Shown here: piece by piece, positions 13,961-27,815 of the stretch
Numbering within the stretch: the stretch's first letter is position 1
Layout: each line of letters begins with the position of its first letter
DNA from: Octopus vulgaris
Lineage: Eukaryota
DNA length: 64,000 nucleotides
NCBI GenBank assembly: GCA_951406725.2
Contig: OX597823.1
Span: forward strand, 112,406,001-112,470,000
Direction of reading: 5' to 3'
Made by a program: the position numbers and the translations under genes
The notes under the pieces: model-generated
Told to the model about the DNA's origin: nothing
The model's input: the letters and a program-made list of their open reading frames with translations, nothing else
Databases searched by the model: none

Positions 13961-14829
13961 AAGGTTTTGTTTTGCTTTTTGTAGCCGTTAAATAGATCAG
14001 TATTTAATTCATAATTTCGAGAGAAATGAGTTTTGTAATTATGGTTTCTTCAATAATTACAACCAGAAGGAATTTGGTTACCTGTTGAGCTGTTGTTTGT
14101 GTTCTGTTCCTAGGTTGTGTTGTTGCTAATGTTGTGTCCAGCCATATCGTTTGTAGTAACTCCGCATACTAAATTCAAGTTTCACTAAAAAAATCACTAC
14201 GATTGTGAAAAAAGGTTCCATCACTTAATTCATCTGAAGACTAACCAGTTATATAACCAGGATGATAGTTGTGGCTCCACAGTTGGAGATGGTATTCATC
14301 GTATTTTTGATAAATAGTCTTCCATGCCAAATACGCAACCTGTTGCTTTGAGATCGTATGTATGTATGCATGCGTGTATGCATGTATGTATGTATTATGT
14401 ATGTATGTATGTATGTATGTATCTATGTATGTATGTATGTATGAATGTATGTATGTATGTATTTATGTATGTATGTATGAATGTATGTATGTATGTATTT
14501 ATGTATGTATGTATGAATGTATGTATGTATGTATCTATGTATGCCTGCAAAGTGGCAAGTCACTTGTTTAAGTTAAAACTGTTGTCAGGTATTTGTGGTT
14601 ACCTGAACTGGTTGATGCATGTATGTGTGTGTATTTGTACACACGTGTGTGTGTGTCTGTGCGAGTATGTTGTGCATATGCATATGCCGGTTGATAAACT
14701 TGACCTTGCGAATACCTATTTCATATTAGAATACAGGGTGTGCCTGTATTTCATCACCACATGTGTGCTCATGCATATATATTCCCTATACACATGTGAC
14801 TATGCACATGTGTTCATCCAGGATCTTCA

Positions 14830-15700
14830 GACTGAGAATCCCTGAAACATTTTACAAATTTTCAGTGTATCTTTATTTGACAGTGTGGAGGCGCAATGGC
14901 CCAGTGGTTAGGGCAGCGGACTCGCGGTCATAGGATCGCGGTTTCGATTCCCAGACCGGGCGTTGTGAGTGTTTATTGAGCGAAAACACCGAAAGCTCCA
15001 CGAGGCTCCGGCAGGAGATGGTGGTGATCCCTGTTGTACTCTTTCACCACAACTTTCTCTCACTCTTACTTCCTGTTTCTGTTGTACCTGTATTTCAAAG
15101 GGCCGGCCTTGTCACTCTCTGTGACACGCTGAATATCCCCGAGAACTACGTTAAGGGTACGCGTGTCTGTGGAGTGCTCAGCCACTTACATGCTAATTTC
15201 ACGAGCAGGCTGTTCCGTTGATTCGGATCAACCGGAACCCTCGTCGTCGTAACCGACGGAGTGCTTCCATCCATTTGATAGTATCTGGAGGATGTGAATC
15301 AGTCTGTTCTGATATGTTTTGGAGAACTCAAGTTTCTATGCAGATCTGTTGATGTGCAGAGCAGTGCACCTATGATAATAGGAACAAATGAAAATCTATA
15401 ACCTAGTTATTAGTGTTGTGGGTTTCTTATCAGTTCTCCATTGATGTTCTCCTTTTCCCCAGTGTTTAACAAGACATTCATATTTGCTGGGCAGCTGATC
15501 TCTACAACGATGGAATGATTTTTCTCCCTGTACTGTACAACAATTTCCTGTCGCGCTTACATCATGTTATTGTTTATAATGGACTATTCCATCAGTATTC
15601 TTTAATCTTAAAGGTGTGGATACTTCCTGGTTCTTAATGACAATGCCATGTCTCATAGGAATATAGTATTTTGCAGACAATTTTGAACAGATGCTGATAA
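14830..15700 (-). mobile_element. RLE endonuclease 3' end of a LINE, interrupted by a SINE
   Basis: Minus-strand VVEISCPA..FVPIIIGAL motifs; (CATA)n follows downstream. Confidence 0.72.
14885..15272 (+). mobile_element. SINE family C, tail type 1
   Basis: GGAGGCGCAATGGCCCAGTGGTTAGGG A-box and GGTTTCGATTCC B-box; flanked by ATTTGA(C/T)AGT target-site duplication. Confidence 0.88.
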
Positions 15701-15832
15701 AAGGAAAGACAAAGTGAAATAAATTAAATTAATCTTTCGTGATACCAGTACAGGAAATTTGCCTGTTTTTCTTACAAACATCACATGCTGCTGCAATTTT
15801 GTTTCCATATGTCCCCTTCAGGTTTTATAGAC

Positions 15833-16221
15833 GCAGGAGTGGCTGTGTGGTAAGTAGCTTGCTTACCAACCACATGGTTCCGGGTTCAGTCCCACTGCGT
15901 GGCACCTTGGGCAAGTGTCTTCTACTATAGTCTCGGGCAGACCAAAGCCTTGTGAGTGGATTTGGTAGATGGAAACTGAAAGAAGCCTGTCGTATATATG
16001 TATATATGTGTGTGTGTGTGTCTGTGTTTGTCTCCCCAATATCACTTGACAACCGATGCTGGTGTATTTACGTTCCTGTAACTTAGCGGTTAGGCAAAGT
16101 GGCTGATAGATTAAGTACTAGGCTTACAAAGAATAAGTCCTGGGGTCGATTTCCTCGACTAAAGGCAGTGCTCCAGCATGGTTGCAGTCGAATGACTGAA
16201 ACAAGTAAAAGAGTAAAAGAA
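15833..16221 (+). mobile_element. SINE family B, full length
   Basis: Collinear with 2861-3266. Confidence 0.88.
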
Positions 16222-16561
16222 TATGGTTGATGCTGGGTCATAGTAGCAGTAGTAATAATATTAGCTTCAGTAGTTGTGGTGGTGTTACACTAACTTGTAG
16301 CAGTAGTAGTAACAATAGGAGCTTCATCAAAAGTTTTAGTAGGGCCAGAGGCAGTTGTCTCCCTTTCTCTCCCACAGGTATTTAAAAGTGGTCAATATTT
16401 GGTTATTAATGTTATTTCTCTGTTGATGCATTATTCTTGCATTGTGTAATCACCGAATTGATAAAAGGGAAACATCATAAACCTTGGTGGACTTCTCCTT
16501 GCACATGTGTCTGTATGTTCACTGTGTATACATACACACTGTGTAAATATATACACACATA

Positions 16562-16594
<33 letters not shown>

Positions 16595-16611
16595 GATCAT
16601 ATATATATATC

Positions 16612-16679
<68 letters not shown>

Positions 16680-17031
16680 TATATATATTGGCCTGCTCGC
16701 TTAGCCAGCGAGGTGGCGTCATTTGAAGGCTAAAACAATGCCAAGCGCATTGTGACCAGCGATGTATAGCAACGTCTGATTGCCTGGTCAGTCACGGTGA
16801 TCACAGTGATATATATATATATATATAAATAAATAAAAACGGACAGGCTACAGGTTGCTTAGCTACATACCGAAAAATTAGAAATAGCAGTCAAAGACTG
16901 TTTATTTCTATTTTCTACAAATAAGACTCCACATATAACATATTCATGGAATTCACATACTGAAATCTACCCATAAATAATTGTTGTTTTTTTTTTTAAA
17001 CTATTAATTATTTACCATTATATGATTAATA

Positions 17032-17117
<86 letters not shown>

Positions 17118-17253
17118 ATGCCTCTGTGTGTGTGTGTGTGAATACACATACATACATACGGCCATACACATAATATTCTGCATCCTGGTCAACAAGGATG
17201 AAAGTAAGTAAAAGGAAAAGCACAAAGCAAGTATGCTTACCATTATTTATAAG

Positions 17254-17301
17254 TGTCATGCACGAAACTCTTGGCCTTTGAATCACTTTCGAAACTTTCT
17301 G
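17254..17301 (+). CDS. Candidate 48-nt cassette exon of unknown gene
   Basis: TAAG| acceptor (weak), CTG|GTGAGT donor, length divisible by 3, open in two frames. Confidence 0.3.
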
Positions 17302-17545
17302 GTGAGTGTGTGTGTGTGTGTGTGTGTGTTAGTGAGAAAGATGGGGGGCAGATGGAGATGGAGAAAGAAATGGACAGGCAGACAGGCAGAACGTTTGTTT
17401 GTGTGTGTTGGTAAATAATCTGTTCTTTTGGCTGTTTACAAACTAGAATATGTAAAGTACAAATAATATAATCTACTATAATAAGACACACTCACATGCA
17501 CAACCCATCACGTTCTTGCACTTACATACATACATACATATCTAT

Positions 17546-17696
<151 letters not shown>

Positions 17697-17727
17697 TATA
17701 CATATACATACATATACATACATATAC

Positions 17728-17781
<54 letters not shown>

Positions 17782-17868
17782 TACCAACACATGTGTACAC
17801 ATAGATCAGAATGTGGGGTAAAAACAGGAAAAAAAAACAATGAGTAAAATAATAAGAATAAATAAGTA

Positions 17869-17918
<50 letters not shown>

Positions 17919-18349
17919 TAAACAGAATGAACACGCTTCTCGAACTTCCTACACACAGACCTAGGTATCTACACACATACATATGCATAAAGAATTTATA
18001 TAGTTGTGTTTACGTATAAACATTTATATAGATGTATACATTATAAACTGGAAGCTTAATCTTTGCTTTCATCAGTAAGACTATCAACATCATCTTCCCC
18101 TCTTCCTCCCATCCATGTATACACCCACTCAGCCCTCACCTACATCAGCAACAACAACAACAGCAGCCATACAAATATAACCAAAAATAATATCAACAAC
18201 GGTATTAACAATATGCTAAACAACAATTGCGATAACAAGAAGATAAGATCATCAGATAATGTACTTATTTGAGTATGCACTTATATATATATGTTGCTGT
18301 GTGTGTGTGTGTGTGTACATACATATATATGAATGCATGCATGTATATG

Positions 18350-18443
<94 letters not shown>

Positions 18444-18491
18444 TATATATGTATATATATATATATGTATGTATCTTTTTGTGTGTGTGTG

Positions 18492-18542
<51 letters not shown>

Positions 18543-18801
18543 CTTTGTGTGTTTGTATATATATATATATACACTCATAAATGCTCACATACATTCACTA
18601 CATACTCATACTTGAATAATATACATATATATTTACTTATATACATACATACATACATACATATATGTGTGCGTGTGTATATCTATATATATATATGCAC
18701 ACACACATATACATATATGTATGTATATATATATATATACGTAGTTATACGTATATAAGTATGCTTTATCTCTCCATTTCCTATTTATTCACCCCTTTCA
18801 G

Positions 18802-18867
18802 CATTTCATTGAAGTCCTATTAAAATCTGAAGAAATTCCTGCCACGAAAACATCAATATTTCTTTGA
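18802..18867 (+). CDS. Candidate terminal exon (phase 0: HFIEVLLKSEEIPATKTSIFL*)
   Basis: Pyrimidine tract ending CCCCTTTCAG|; unique sequence followed by U-rich UTR-like DNA; frame unknown. Confidence 0.35.
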   Translation, partial: HFIEVLLKSEEIPATKTSIFL

Positions 18868-19317
18868 TCTCTACAGAATTTTCCATTTCTTCTTTCAAAT
18901 TTTAGTATTAGTTTTTTATTGTTGTTATGATTATTGTTGTTGTTGCTATTCTTATCGTTGATTTCTTTTTTTCTTTTTTTTTCTTTAAATTTCTTCTCTT
19001 TCTCATCCATTTCCCAGTAGGTGATGATGCTGAGATGAGCTGAGATGAGATGGGATGGAACGGCGATGAGGATGGGATGTTCTTATGGGGTTTTGGTCTG
19101 GTTGTTTAATGTGTGCATGTGTGTGTGTGCGTGTGTGAGAGAGAGAGAAAGTGGGAGTGAGAGTGAGAACATATGTATATATAAATATATATAAATATAC
19201 AAGTATATATGTATGTGTGCATATATGTGTGTGACCATATGCATGTTTATGTGTGTTTTTGTGAATATTTATCTATCTATCTATCTACCTATCTATATAT
19301 CTATCTATCTATATATC

Positions 19318-19352
<35 letters not shown>

Positions 19353-20423
19353 GGGGGAGAGAGATACATTTATATACGTACATATATATATATTTACATA
19401 TATATATATATATACATACATATATCTTGTATATGTATATATACATGCATAAGAAAATATACATATATTTATATATACACGCATTTATGTATACATATAT
19501 ATGTATATATGAATGTATGTATATATGTATGTATGCATTTATGTATATAGGTATATATGTATGTAGATGCATAGATGTCTATGTATGCATATAATATAAT
19601 ATATATATATAAACGTACATGCACACATATAAGCACACACGCATACATTTAACATTTCGTATTTTGTTTTATATTTTTCTATATCTGAATTTTATAAAGC
19701 ATTTTTTTTTCTCGTTTTTCTCTTTCCGTTTTTTTTTTTGTTTTTTTCCATTTCTGTTATTATATTGATAATTATTTTAAAGATTTTATATTATTGTGTC
19801 TAGAAACACCATTGTTTCTCTCTTTTTCCCCTCCAGTCTTTAACTTTTCTTCTCTTCTTTTTTTCATTGCTTTTTGCTTTTTTTTTCATACTTTATGGCC
19901 TTCTTACCTCTACTTTGTTCTTTTTTAAATTTTTTTCTCTTTCTTCCTTCTTTTTCTTATTTGTTTCTTTCAATTTTTTTTTTGTTTTTGGTTCTCTCTG
20001 TTTTTCATTTATTCATTCATTTTTTTTCTTCAAATATATTTTCATTTTTTCGTCGTTTTTGTTTTTCGGATATTATTTTCATTTATATTTTTATTCCCTC
20101 ACTTTGTTACCTCATATTTTATTTCATTTTCTATCTCTCTGTCCTTCTGTCTGTCTGTATGTTTGTCTGTGTGTAAGTATGCATGTATGCATGTATGTAT
20201 ATATGTATGTATTATGCAGGCATGTATGTGTGTCTATATATATATATATGCCTCTGTGTGTGTGTGTGTATCTTTCTGTCTATTGCTCTAGTTGTCTTTC
20301 TATTAGTCTATGTACCTGCACAATCCAAATGTCTGTCTATCTATTCATCTGTTCCTGTATCTATATCTTTGCATGTACGTGTGTTTGCGTATATGTGTAT
20401 GTATGTGTATACACACACATCAG

Positions 20424-20459
20424 GTCGAATCGAAAGCGTTTTCATTCTTCAAGCTTTAA
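20424..20459 (+). CDS. Candidate terminal exon (phase 0: VESKAFSFFKL*)
   Basis: CATCAG|G acceptor, CpG-containing unique island after a long T-rich tract; frame unknown. Confidence 0.3.
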   Translation, partial: VESKAFSFFKL

Positions 20460-20569
20460 TTAATTGTTCAAAGTACACACAAATAGCATTTATTCATCAA
20501 GCTATATGCCGTCATAATCTATTGTCTGTTGCCAATGTTAAATAATAATAATAATAATAATAATAGAAA

Positions 20570-21012
20570 GATTGTGTACAGTGCTCAGGTGCACTACAAC
20601 TCATCTAAAGTGTATGTATAATCAGGTGTAGTTTCGGCGGATTTCGGAAAGCATGAGGGCCTTAAAGGATGCAGTGTCATGGCAGTCAACAACTGACGCA
20701 GGCAGTTTGTTCCATGCTTCAGCAACTCTGAGCGTGAAAAAATGTTTCTGAAAATCATGGGAGCTGTGTTGTTTTCTGACTTTGTAGGCATGTCCACGTG
20801 TGTTAGACACATGGAGATCAAAAAGGTGTTCAGTGTTGTTGTTGGTGAGGTGGTTGATAACTTTGTGGGTGTTTACCAAGTCCATTGCCAGACGCCGGAG
20901 CTTCAGTGAATCCATGCCCAGGGAAACAAGGCGCTCAGAGTATGGTAGGTGTCTGATGGAGGGTATGCATTTGGTTGCACATCTCTGAACAGATTCCAGG
21001 AGGTCAATGTTG
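20570..21012 (-). mobile_element. CR1-clade LINE 3' end
   Basis: LESVQRCATK..YSERL..LRRL..TRGHAYK..FFTLRVAEAWNKLP, the typical CR1 ORF2 C-terminus; (ATT)n tail on the minus strand. Confidence 0.9.
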
Positions 21013-22300
21013 TACCAGAAGCTCAATTTGACACCCATACCATTTGGCTGGTTTAAAGGCAAATCACTCTCTGCCCCCATTTTCAATTTTGACCACATAC
21101 TTAAACCTCTATCCATGCAGGAAATTGAGTCATGGCTTGGAAAAGGAGGTAATCCGATGGCAGGGTGAGGCAGCCCTTCTAGCCCCTTGTGTTCCTCAAG
21201 TTTGCACTTGATCACATTGGTTGTGGGGGCTAGGGCAATGCCATGCTGTAGAAGTGCATGTCTTGAATTGACCAATGCTGAGTAGTGGACTTTCAAAGCA
21301 TCATATATTTACTGCATTCGTTTAGTGTTCACAGCATAACCATCTGGGACAAGCTGGAAGTGCAACATCTTGGAATTCAACAAAACACATAACATGACCT
21401 TCTGTTGATACTGGCCTTGTTTGACAACAGGTTCTGAAGCTTGGTCAGAATGAAGCCACTGTCTTTTCTTATATCAGGAATACAAAAATAGATACATTTT
21501 TCATGCCAAAAACAGGCATTTTGAGAATTTGTCAGCTATTATTTTCAAATGTCCACTCATCATTGAGCCTGCTCATTGGTCAGTTCACAAGGAGCTTTTT
21601 TTGACGGCCCCTGATCATGTGGCTGAGTTTATAGAGGTGTTGATTTGTGATGCTTTGTGAAAGCCATGTCCAGCTGACATTGTACAAGTGCTTGTGCTGG
21701 CTGTTGTTAAGCTATTTCAAGTGAGGACTCATCTTCCAAAAGAGGTCTCCCTGACCTTGTCTTGTTTTTGACGCCGGTGTCACATTCCTTCAAATGGCTG
21801 GGTCAGTTTTGTACCAAATGCTTGTTGACAGTTCCTAGGCCTTCCATATCATTAATTTCTTTTGGTACATCTCTTACACTCAGTTCTTTCTTCCACAGAT
21901 GGCATAAAATGGCTCAAATTACAGATTTTTCACTACAGTTATCAAAGTTGTATGATAATGGATAATGAATAAATGTTTATATGTTATACATGAAAATAAA
22001 GAATAATTAAGTCAGCAACAATGCACTTCACTTTTGTAGTTGTTAGGGACACTGTGAGAGATCCTTCAAATGCATGTTACTGCTCAACCACTGCAAGTCC
22101 TTGGGGAACACTTTATTGTATCATGTTTCAGTGGGACATTGTTATTTGCTCCTTGATATAATAACATTTTCCCTGAGGATCTGTTGTGACTGATTATCTA
22201 TATATGCATATGGAACATTTAATTGCAAGGTTCCAAACAACCATAAATTCTCATAGGAACTTTAATATAAACTTGAGTTTATCCTTAATTTTCAAATATA

Positions 22301-22343
<43 letters not shown>

Positions 22344-22362
22344 ATATATATATATGTATATA

Positions 22363-22595
22363 TTATATAAAATCCGTTCTGTCTGTGTGTGTGTCTTCTA
22401 GGATCTCAGGCATCCTCCATCCGATTGTGCTCAAATTTGATTTGTAGATACCGATGGCATCAGGGCGTGTATAAGTCTTGAAAAAATTGCAAAAATCGAT
22501 TCCAGGTGAGAATGCGATCGATAAAGCCGTGGTAACGTGCATTTGCACATGCAAGTACATCAGCACCGTCCATTGGACAGGGGACATTTTGCTTA
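22363..22595 (+). mobile_element. Possible Helitron/HINE-like short element
   Basis: TATAAAATCCGTTCTGTCTGTGTG start and CCGATT..CAAATTTG motif within TA repeats; single copy here. Confidence 0.4.
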
Positions 22596-22604
22596 TATAT
22601 ACAC

Positions 22605-22636
<32 letters not shown>

Positions 22637-23291
22637 CATCATCATCATCATTATCATCATCATAGTTTTTCATACTGGCATGGGTTGGACAGGTTGACAG
22701 GAGATGGCATGCCAGAGAGCTACATTAGGCTCCATTTGTCTATTTTGGCATGGTTTCTATGGTAAGATGCCCTTCCTAACACCATCCACTTTACAGAGTG
22801 TACTGGATGCTATATATGAGTGTGTATGTATATATATATATATAGCTATATATATATATATTTATATTATAGCGGACTTCTATATCTTTCGATGTCACTT
22901 GATTGAATATATAAGAGGTAAGTTTTTCCTAGCATTTTCAGATTTATAGGAATATTATGTTGATAAAGGAAATGAACTTTACGATTCTAATCCAGAAATG
23001 ATCGTCCATAATCAATCCAGTAGACTGTGTGGGTTTGTTGTTTTCCTTTCTTCTTTTACCATATATGAGTTACAAAGGCTGTTGCTTGCGGAGACATATT
23101 TTTGTAGTAATAGTAATAGTAGCTCTTTGATTGCTATTTCTAATATTTTCGGTATGTGGTTTAAGCAACTTGTTGCAAAAAACCCTTTATTATAATTATA
23201 TAAATTTTTACCGATTATGGTCCTTTCCATACCAAAATACTACTAGGTGAAATTTATTGATTTTATTAAATTAATTATATTTCACCCTTTA

Positions 23292-23340
<49 letters not shown>

Positions 23341-23399
23341 ATGTATGGATGGATCTATATATGCATGTGTTTGTGTGTGTGTGTGCGTGTAAACTTCTT

Positions 23400-24125
23400 T
23401 CTATCCATCCTCCTCTCAGCCCTTCTAAAACACTTGTGTCCCACTCTTGTTATGAGAAATGTTAAACATTTGGTTGCTGAGTTCCTGCACATCTATTGAA
23501 ATGCTTGTTGAGTTGAAGTTTCCTTGTGTTTGGATTATCTATTTGTTGTTGGTGAATTGTCATGTATTTTCTGAGTGAATGTTTGTTTGGCCAATATAAT
23601 TCTTGCTACAGCCACAGCACATTATGCTATAAATTGTTTTCTGAAAGGTAAAAGAAGTCATTTTATATTTTAAAAATTTGCCCTTTGTTCAAGCAGATCT
23701 TGGAGCCTTCAGTTATACTAATACAAATTACACAATTCGATCTTCAACGTTTTTTTAATTGTTGGGTTTTGTGTAATGTTGGTAAATAATTGAGCACTTG
23801 ATAAAAGTTCTATATTTTTTTTAATGTGTGCAGCTGCTTTTTGCTTTTAATTAGTTTTTCTAAGATTTTTCTAATTCTGTGATTAACAGCAGTAAATTTT
23901 GATTAATTACATCAAAACCCTCAGTATTCTTAGTGTTATAAATTGAAATTTATGGTAAAACATTTACTTCTGTTTTTTTTTGTTTTTACAGTTAATAAAT
24001 CATTGATATTAATTGCCTCTGCTCTTTCAATTGCACTGTTAATTAGAGCAGATAACATCTTCCATTCAGAATATCTTTTCATTACTTTAGTTTTTTCTTC
24101 CAGGCATTTGGGTTTGATATATATT
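23400..24125 (-). mobile_element. Penelope-like element relic (GIY-YIG endonuclease)
   Basis: Minus-strand TIYSIMCCGCSKNYIGQTN at about 23580-23640. Confidence 0.78.
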
Positions 24126-24130
24126 TGATG

Positions 24131-24443
24131 TGGAGGCGCAATGGCCCAGTGGTTAGGGCAGCGGACTCATGATCATAGGATCACGGTTTCGATTCCTAGA
24201 CTAGGCATTGTGAGTGTTTATTGAGCTAAAACACCTAAAGCTCCACGAGGCTCTGGCACGGGGTGGTGACAATCCCTGCTGTACTCTTTCGCTGCAACTT
24301 TCTCTCACTCTTTCTTCTGTTGGCCTGCTCGCTTAGCCAGTGGGGTGGCATCATTTAAAGGCTAAAACAAGGTGAAACGCATTGTGACCAGCGATGTGTA
24401 GCAACATCTAATAGCCTGGTCGGTCACAGTGATCACGGTGATA
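24131..24443 (+). mobile_element. SINE family C, tail type 2
   Basis: Same head as 14885; tail ends GTCACAGTGATCACGGTGAT; ATATATTTGAT target-site duplication. Confidence 0.88.
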
Positions 24444-24814
24444 TATTTGATACGTTGATATGCTATGGAATGAAGGGTTAAAGAGAGAGAGAAGAATCCA
24501 GAAAAGAACAGGTTTCTTGCAGGGGAGAAATTGCATATCTAGTCACACGAGAGAAGATGGGGTGGAAGTGACAAGGGAGGTAACATGTGGTTGGGTAGAT
24601 TCTAAGTTTGTGGGACAGTTATAGTAAAAGGTGGGGGAAGGAGAGACGCATAGCAATACAAAATAACTAATTTGGGGGTTCTGGAGGTTAATCAAACAAT
24701 AATTTGGGTGGAGAGATCAGCATTATATATGAAAGATGGGTAACAAATGAAATGGTTCCATGCTGTAAGAGGGTTACGTGGTATCAGCTAATGAAGTACG
24801 TTTAATTACAACAA

Positions 24815-25380
24815 CATCATCATCATCATCATTGTTTAACGTCCGTTTTCCATGCTAGCATGGGTTGGATGGTTCGATCGGGGTCTGTCAATCCAGGAGG
24901 CTGCACCAGGCTTCAGTCTGATCTGGCAGCGTTTCTACAACTGGATACCCTTCCTAACGCCAACCACACCATGAGTGTAGTGGGTGTGTTTTACATGCCA
25001 CCGGCATAGGAGCCAGAGGAAGCTGGCAAATGGCCACGATCAGTTGGTGCTTTTGCGTGTTACCGATATGGACACAAGTCAGACGGCACTGGCATCTGCT
25101 ATGTTCGGACAGTGCTTTTTACATGTCACCAACACGGGGATCTTAACTACAATTTCCATTTGATTTTGATTTTTTATGTTGGTGTTGACGTACTTGACTC
25201 AGTAGGTTTCCTCAAGAACAGTGAGTTACTCTATGATCCAAGGTTAGCACAGCAAGCCATCCTGCAAGCCATGAACTCACTTCATTTGTCAGATTGTCGG
25301 GTCTTCGCACTCACAGCATATATCAGAGGCCTCGGTTTTCGTCATTTCCTCTGTGAGGCCCTACATTCCACGATTTACAC
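24815..25380 (-). mobile_element. Family D copy
   Basis: Reverse complement of the (GAT)n-tailed element with subrepeats. Confidence 0.82.
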
Positions 25381-25897
25381 AGTATATGGATTATACTTAA
25401 CACCGGATAATCTTTTGGCTTGTATGTTAAGTCTTGGGCCCTGTTATAGTGGTTGCACTTTTGGCTTATTTCTCTTTTGTTAATATAACCTAGTGCTGCA
25501 TTTTTATACCTAGTTGCACTTTCTATTACCCCTGTAACTGTTGTAGTTATCATTGCTGCCCTAATCCACTCCATCTCCACTGCTACTGTTAAAGCAATAT
25601 GTCCTGTTATTAAATTTTTAAACAGTTAGGCAGTAACTCTGAATAAGACATGGCATGGGCTGCAGCAATCCTACACAAGCCAGCATGGATGTAAAGGACA
25701 ATATTGATATTGATAATGATGGGTGATATACAAATATGTGTGTATGTATGTATGTATGTATGTATGTATGTATATATGTATGTATGTATATGCGTGTGTG
25801 TGTATGTATGTATGTGTGTGTGTATGTATGTATGTACGTATGTATGTATGTATATATATATGTCTATATGTATGTGTGTATGTATGTAGGTAGGTAG

Positions 25898-25928
<31 letters not shown>

Positions 25929-26636
25929 GATATACAGGTAGATAGATAAATAGATAGATAGATAGGTAGATAGATGGACAGACAGGCAAATGGTCAGATA
26001 GATAGATAAATAGATAAATAAATAAATAGATAGAGAGATAGACAGACAGACAGATATGTTCATGTAAGCGTGTATGTATACACATATCACCATCATCATC
26101 ATCAACATCATCATCATCATCATCATTATCATCATCATCTAACGTCTGTTTTCTATACTAGCAAGCCAATGGGAATTTTTTTTTTCTATTGCCCACTCAG
26201 AAATGCTAATTCAATTAAAAATCTAGTTCTCTATGCATATTTATACATCATAATCTAACAGTCTACACATCCCTATATATATTTCTTCTCCTCTCCCATC
26301 TTCTTTTCTCAATGTTTTGCTCTCCATCTCATAGATTTAGCCTCATCAAAGTTTAAATTCCAACAATGCCACAATCGAGATAAAATATTGATTCCAACTA
26401 GACCATTGGTCATCAAACATTGATAGCTTTAACATATCAAAAATCATGAAAAATTATTCGTTTTGACAAGTCCATTGTCATGTAAATGAATCTTTACATT
26501 ACTAGGTGTCTGCAAGCTGAACATTATGACATTATGACAATCATCTTTATTATAAATTCACATAAATCTGTTTATCATCAAAAATAGAAAATTTCGTCAT
26601 AAACAAAATGATAATTTTTATTTTTTATTCTGACAG

Positions 26637-26714
26637 CTCCAAGATTATCAAGTTATGGAATTCTTACAGATCTAATATCGTCAAAATAGGGAAATCTGGT
26701 ATTGCTGGGTATGG
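26637..26714 (+). CDS. Candidate 78-nt internal exon
   Basis: TTTTTTATTCTGACAG| acceptor and TGG|GTAAGT donor; open only in phase 2 (SKIIKLWNSYRSNIVKIGKSGIAGY). Confidence 0.45.
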
Positions 26715-26879
26715 GTAAGTGTGTGGTTATTACATATTACAAGTTTAAAATACTTGCACAAAAAAAAATTTGGGCAAGCATTAATTCTAATCAGGTTGAG
26801 TTCACCTCAAGATTGAACAGAAACAGTTCGTTATAAGGAAAATCCTGACGAGGATTTCATTTGCTCATTTATTCATTCA

Positions 26880-27345
26880 TTTTCAAAATGAAAATCAAAA
26901 TCGAAATTGATCAACATCAGTGGAATTTGTAGTTGTGATACCAGTGCCGGTGGCACGTAAGAGAACCATCTGAACGTGGCCGTAGCCATTGCCGCATCGA
27001 CTGGCCTCCATGCCGGTGGCACATAACAAACTACATCCGATCATGGCCATTGACAGCCTCGCCTGGCCTCCGTGCCGGTGGCACGTAAAAAGCACCATTC
27101 GAGCGTGGCCGTTCACCAGTCTTGGCTGGCACCTGTGTCGGTGGCACATAAAAAGCACCCACTACACTCACGGAGTGGTTGGCGTTAGGAAGGGCATCCA
27201 GCTGTAGAAACACTGCCAGATCTGACTGGCCTGGTGCAGCCTTCGAGCTTCCCAAACCCCAGTTGAACTGTCCGACCCATGCTAGCATGGAAAGCGGACA
27301 TTAAACGATGATGATTATGATGATGATGATTATGATGATGATGAT
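26880..27345 (+). mobile_element. Family D copy with four subrepeats
   Basis: GCCGGTGGCAC(G/A)TAA units and (GAT)n tail. Confidence 0.85.
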
Positions 27346-27359
27346 TCATCCATCATTAT

Positions 27360-27815
27360 TATTATTTATTTTTTTCCTTCTTTCTTCAAATTTTCTTCCG
27401 TTTCTCACTGAATGTTTTCCATACACCTAGGGCAGAGAAGCTCATTGTATGCATTCCCAGATTACACACACAAATTCACAGGTAAAATATGTATTTAAAA
27501 AATTAATAAATAAATTCATGGATGGATGTTGTTTTCACAGCGATAATGCTGTTCTCAGTACATGAGCCGTTCCAGTCAACACGATTTTTTGCACTTCGTG
27601 TAGGGATGGTAAGCCTGGTATCATTTTCAGATAGGTTTCAGTACCTTATTTTATCATTCCTAGAGATCCTATATTCACTGGTACTGTAGTCGCCTTGAGA
27701 TGCCACATTTTTTCAATTTCTATTAGCAAGTCTTTATATTTACTAATCTTGTCAAATTCTTTCACCACTATATTGTGATCGCAAGGAATACTCATGTCAA
27801 TTAATAAATTATTAA
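27360..27815 (-). mobile_element. R4/Dong-like RLE 3' end with UTR
   Basis: LLIDMSIPCDHNIVVKEFDKISKYKDLLIEIEKMWHLKATTVPVNIGSLG. Confidence 0.88.

Noticed and set aside
14885-14960. tRNA genes at SINE heads
   Set aside because: A and B boxes run directly into SINE bodies; no complete cloverleaf
16378-16450. Strong-looking acceptors at 16378 and 29995
   Set aside because: No supporting donor or distinctive sequence; they illustrate the pseudo-acceptor background, though they are worth including in a junction check
20622-21296. 224-aa ORF as a host gene
   Set aside because: Chance fusion of a CR1 C-terminus with unrelated upstream DNA
27040-27160. HDV-like ribozyme in family D subrepeats
   Set aside because: Could not place P1 or the catalytic C in J4/2
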